Below are positions 31,807 to 32,255 of a DNA stretch of 32,255 nucleotides, in pieces. Each line of letters starts with the position of its first letter. Position 1 is the first letter of the stretch. Both the position numbers and the translations under genes were made by a program. Where the stretch lies: positions 1-32,255 of the forward strand of contig DATMRN010000212.1 of assembly GCA_035566275.1 (NCBI GenBank). Direction: 5' to 3'. The stretch comes from Solirubrobacterales bacterium. Lineage in GTDB: Bacteria; Actinomycetota; Thermoleophilia; Solirubrobacterales; 70-9. The notes under the pieces are model-generated. The model searched no databases, was not told the DNA's origin, and was given only the letters and a program-made list of their open reading frames with translations.

Positions 31807-31947
31807 GGGGCAAGGCGCTCGGCCGCAGACACCAAGCGCTCGGCCGCGGGTCCTGTCACGGGGGAGGGGCCTGCGGGCGGGCGCAAGGCGTCCGTTCTCG
31901 GCCCCTCCCCCGCGCCACCCGCGGAAGTAGCGGTTAGGGTCCGGGCC

Positions 31948-32255
31948 ATGCGGGTGCTCTTTATCGGAGACGTGGTCGGAGGGCCTGGGCGCAGGGGACT
32001 GAAAGCTTCGATGCCTGGGCTTAGGGAGCGGTATGAGCCGGACTTCGTGGTCGTCAACGGGGAGAACTCGGCTGGAGGGATGGGGATCACCGAGAAGACC
32101 GCGGTTGATTTGTTCGATGCCGGGGCAGATGTGATCACCAGTGGGAATCACGTGTATCGGCACAGGGAGGTCTACGAGTATTTGGACCGGAATGAGCGGG
32201 TGATCCGGCCGGCCAACTATCCGCACGCCAATCCGGGACGGGGGCATACCGTGGT
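31948..32255 (+). CDS. YmdB-like metallophosphoesterase (TIGR00282 family), 3-prime end outside the window
   Basis: This ORF is not in the supplied track because it is open-ended. Translating from ATG 31948 gives MRVLFIGDVVGGPGRRGLKASMPGLRERYEPDFVVVNGENSAGGMGITEKTAVDLFDAGADVITSGNHVY, with the calcineurin-like metal motifs GD, GEN and GNH. Confidence 0.85.
   Translation, partial: MRVLFIGDVVGGPGRRGLKASMPGLRERYEPDFVVVNGENSAGGMGITEKTAVDLFDAGADVITSGNHVYRHREVYEYLDRNERVIRPANYPHANPGRGHTV

Noticed and set aside
31729-32247. 172-aa and 126-aa minus-strand ORFs at the right edge
   Set aside because: They are antisense to the clearly recognisable YmdB-like metallophosphoesterase N-terminus starting at 31948.

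Overview
Very GC-rich chromosomal segment (typical lines are about 75% G+C, e.g. 46/60 at 6001-6060). Gene content looks actinobacterial, possibly Thermoleophilia-like. Left to right: a frameshifted DnaC-like ATPase fragment, purA and a TetR regulator. Then comes a roughly 17 kb envelope-transport locus: three paralogous secreted 4-Cys proteins of unknown function (2712..3470, 14392..15171, 18628..19383), six translationally coupled mce genes (5423..14204, minus) and an 1108-aa MMPL/RND pump (15184..18510, minus). This locus is interrupted by a degraded vapC and a ~1.4 kb low-GC insert carrying two orphan exported proteins (3950..5420). After that: tRNA-Lys(CUU), a tatA-tatC-orf operon and a small zinc-ribbon ORF. 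A nine-gene, almost gap-free minus-strand operon follows (hemB, fused AhbA/AhbB-like siroheme decarboxylase, hemL, small orf, qcrA, qcrB, qcrC, menG, polyprenyl synthase). The window ends with an ABC-2 exporter pair and the 5-prime end of a YmdB-like phosphoesterase. No CRISPR array, rRNA, transposase or integrase was seen. The best candidate for something undescribed is the mce/MMPL/paralog locus. The mce hexad has no YrbE/MlaE permease or MceG/MlaF ATPase gene anywhere in the window. Instead it is interleaved with an MMPL pump carrying a long heptad-repeat insertion and with the uncharacterised secreted family. The rare hexamer TTTGGC recurs in the regulatory regions I checked for this locus. 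All functional links are inference from sequence and synteny. Many long ORFs in the supplied track are antisense artefacts of the high GC content and were rejected.
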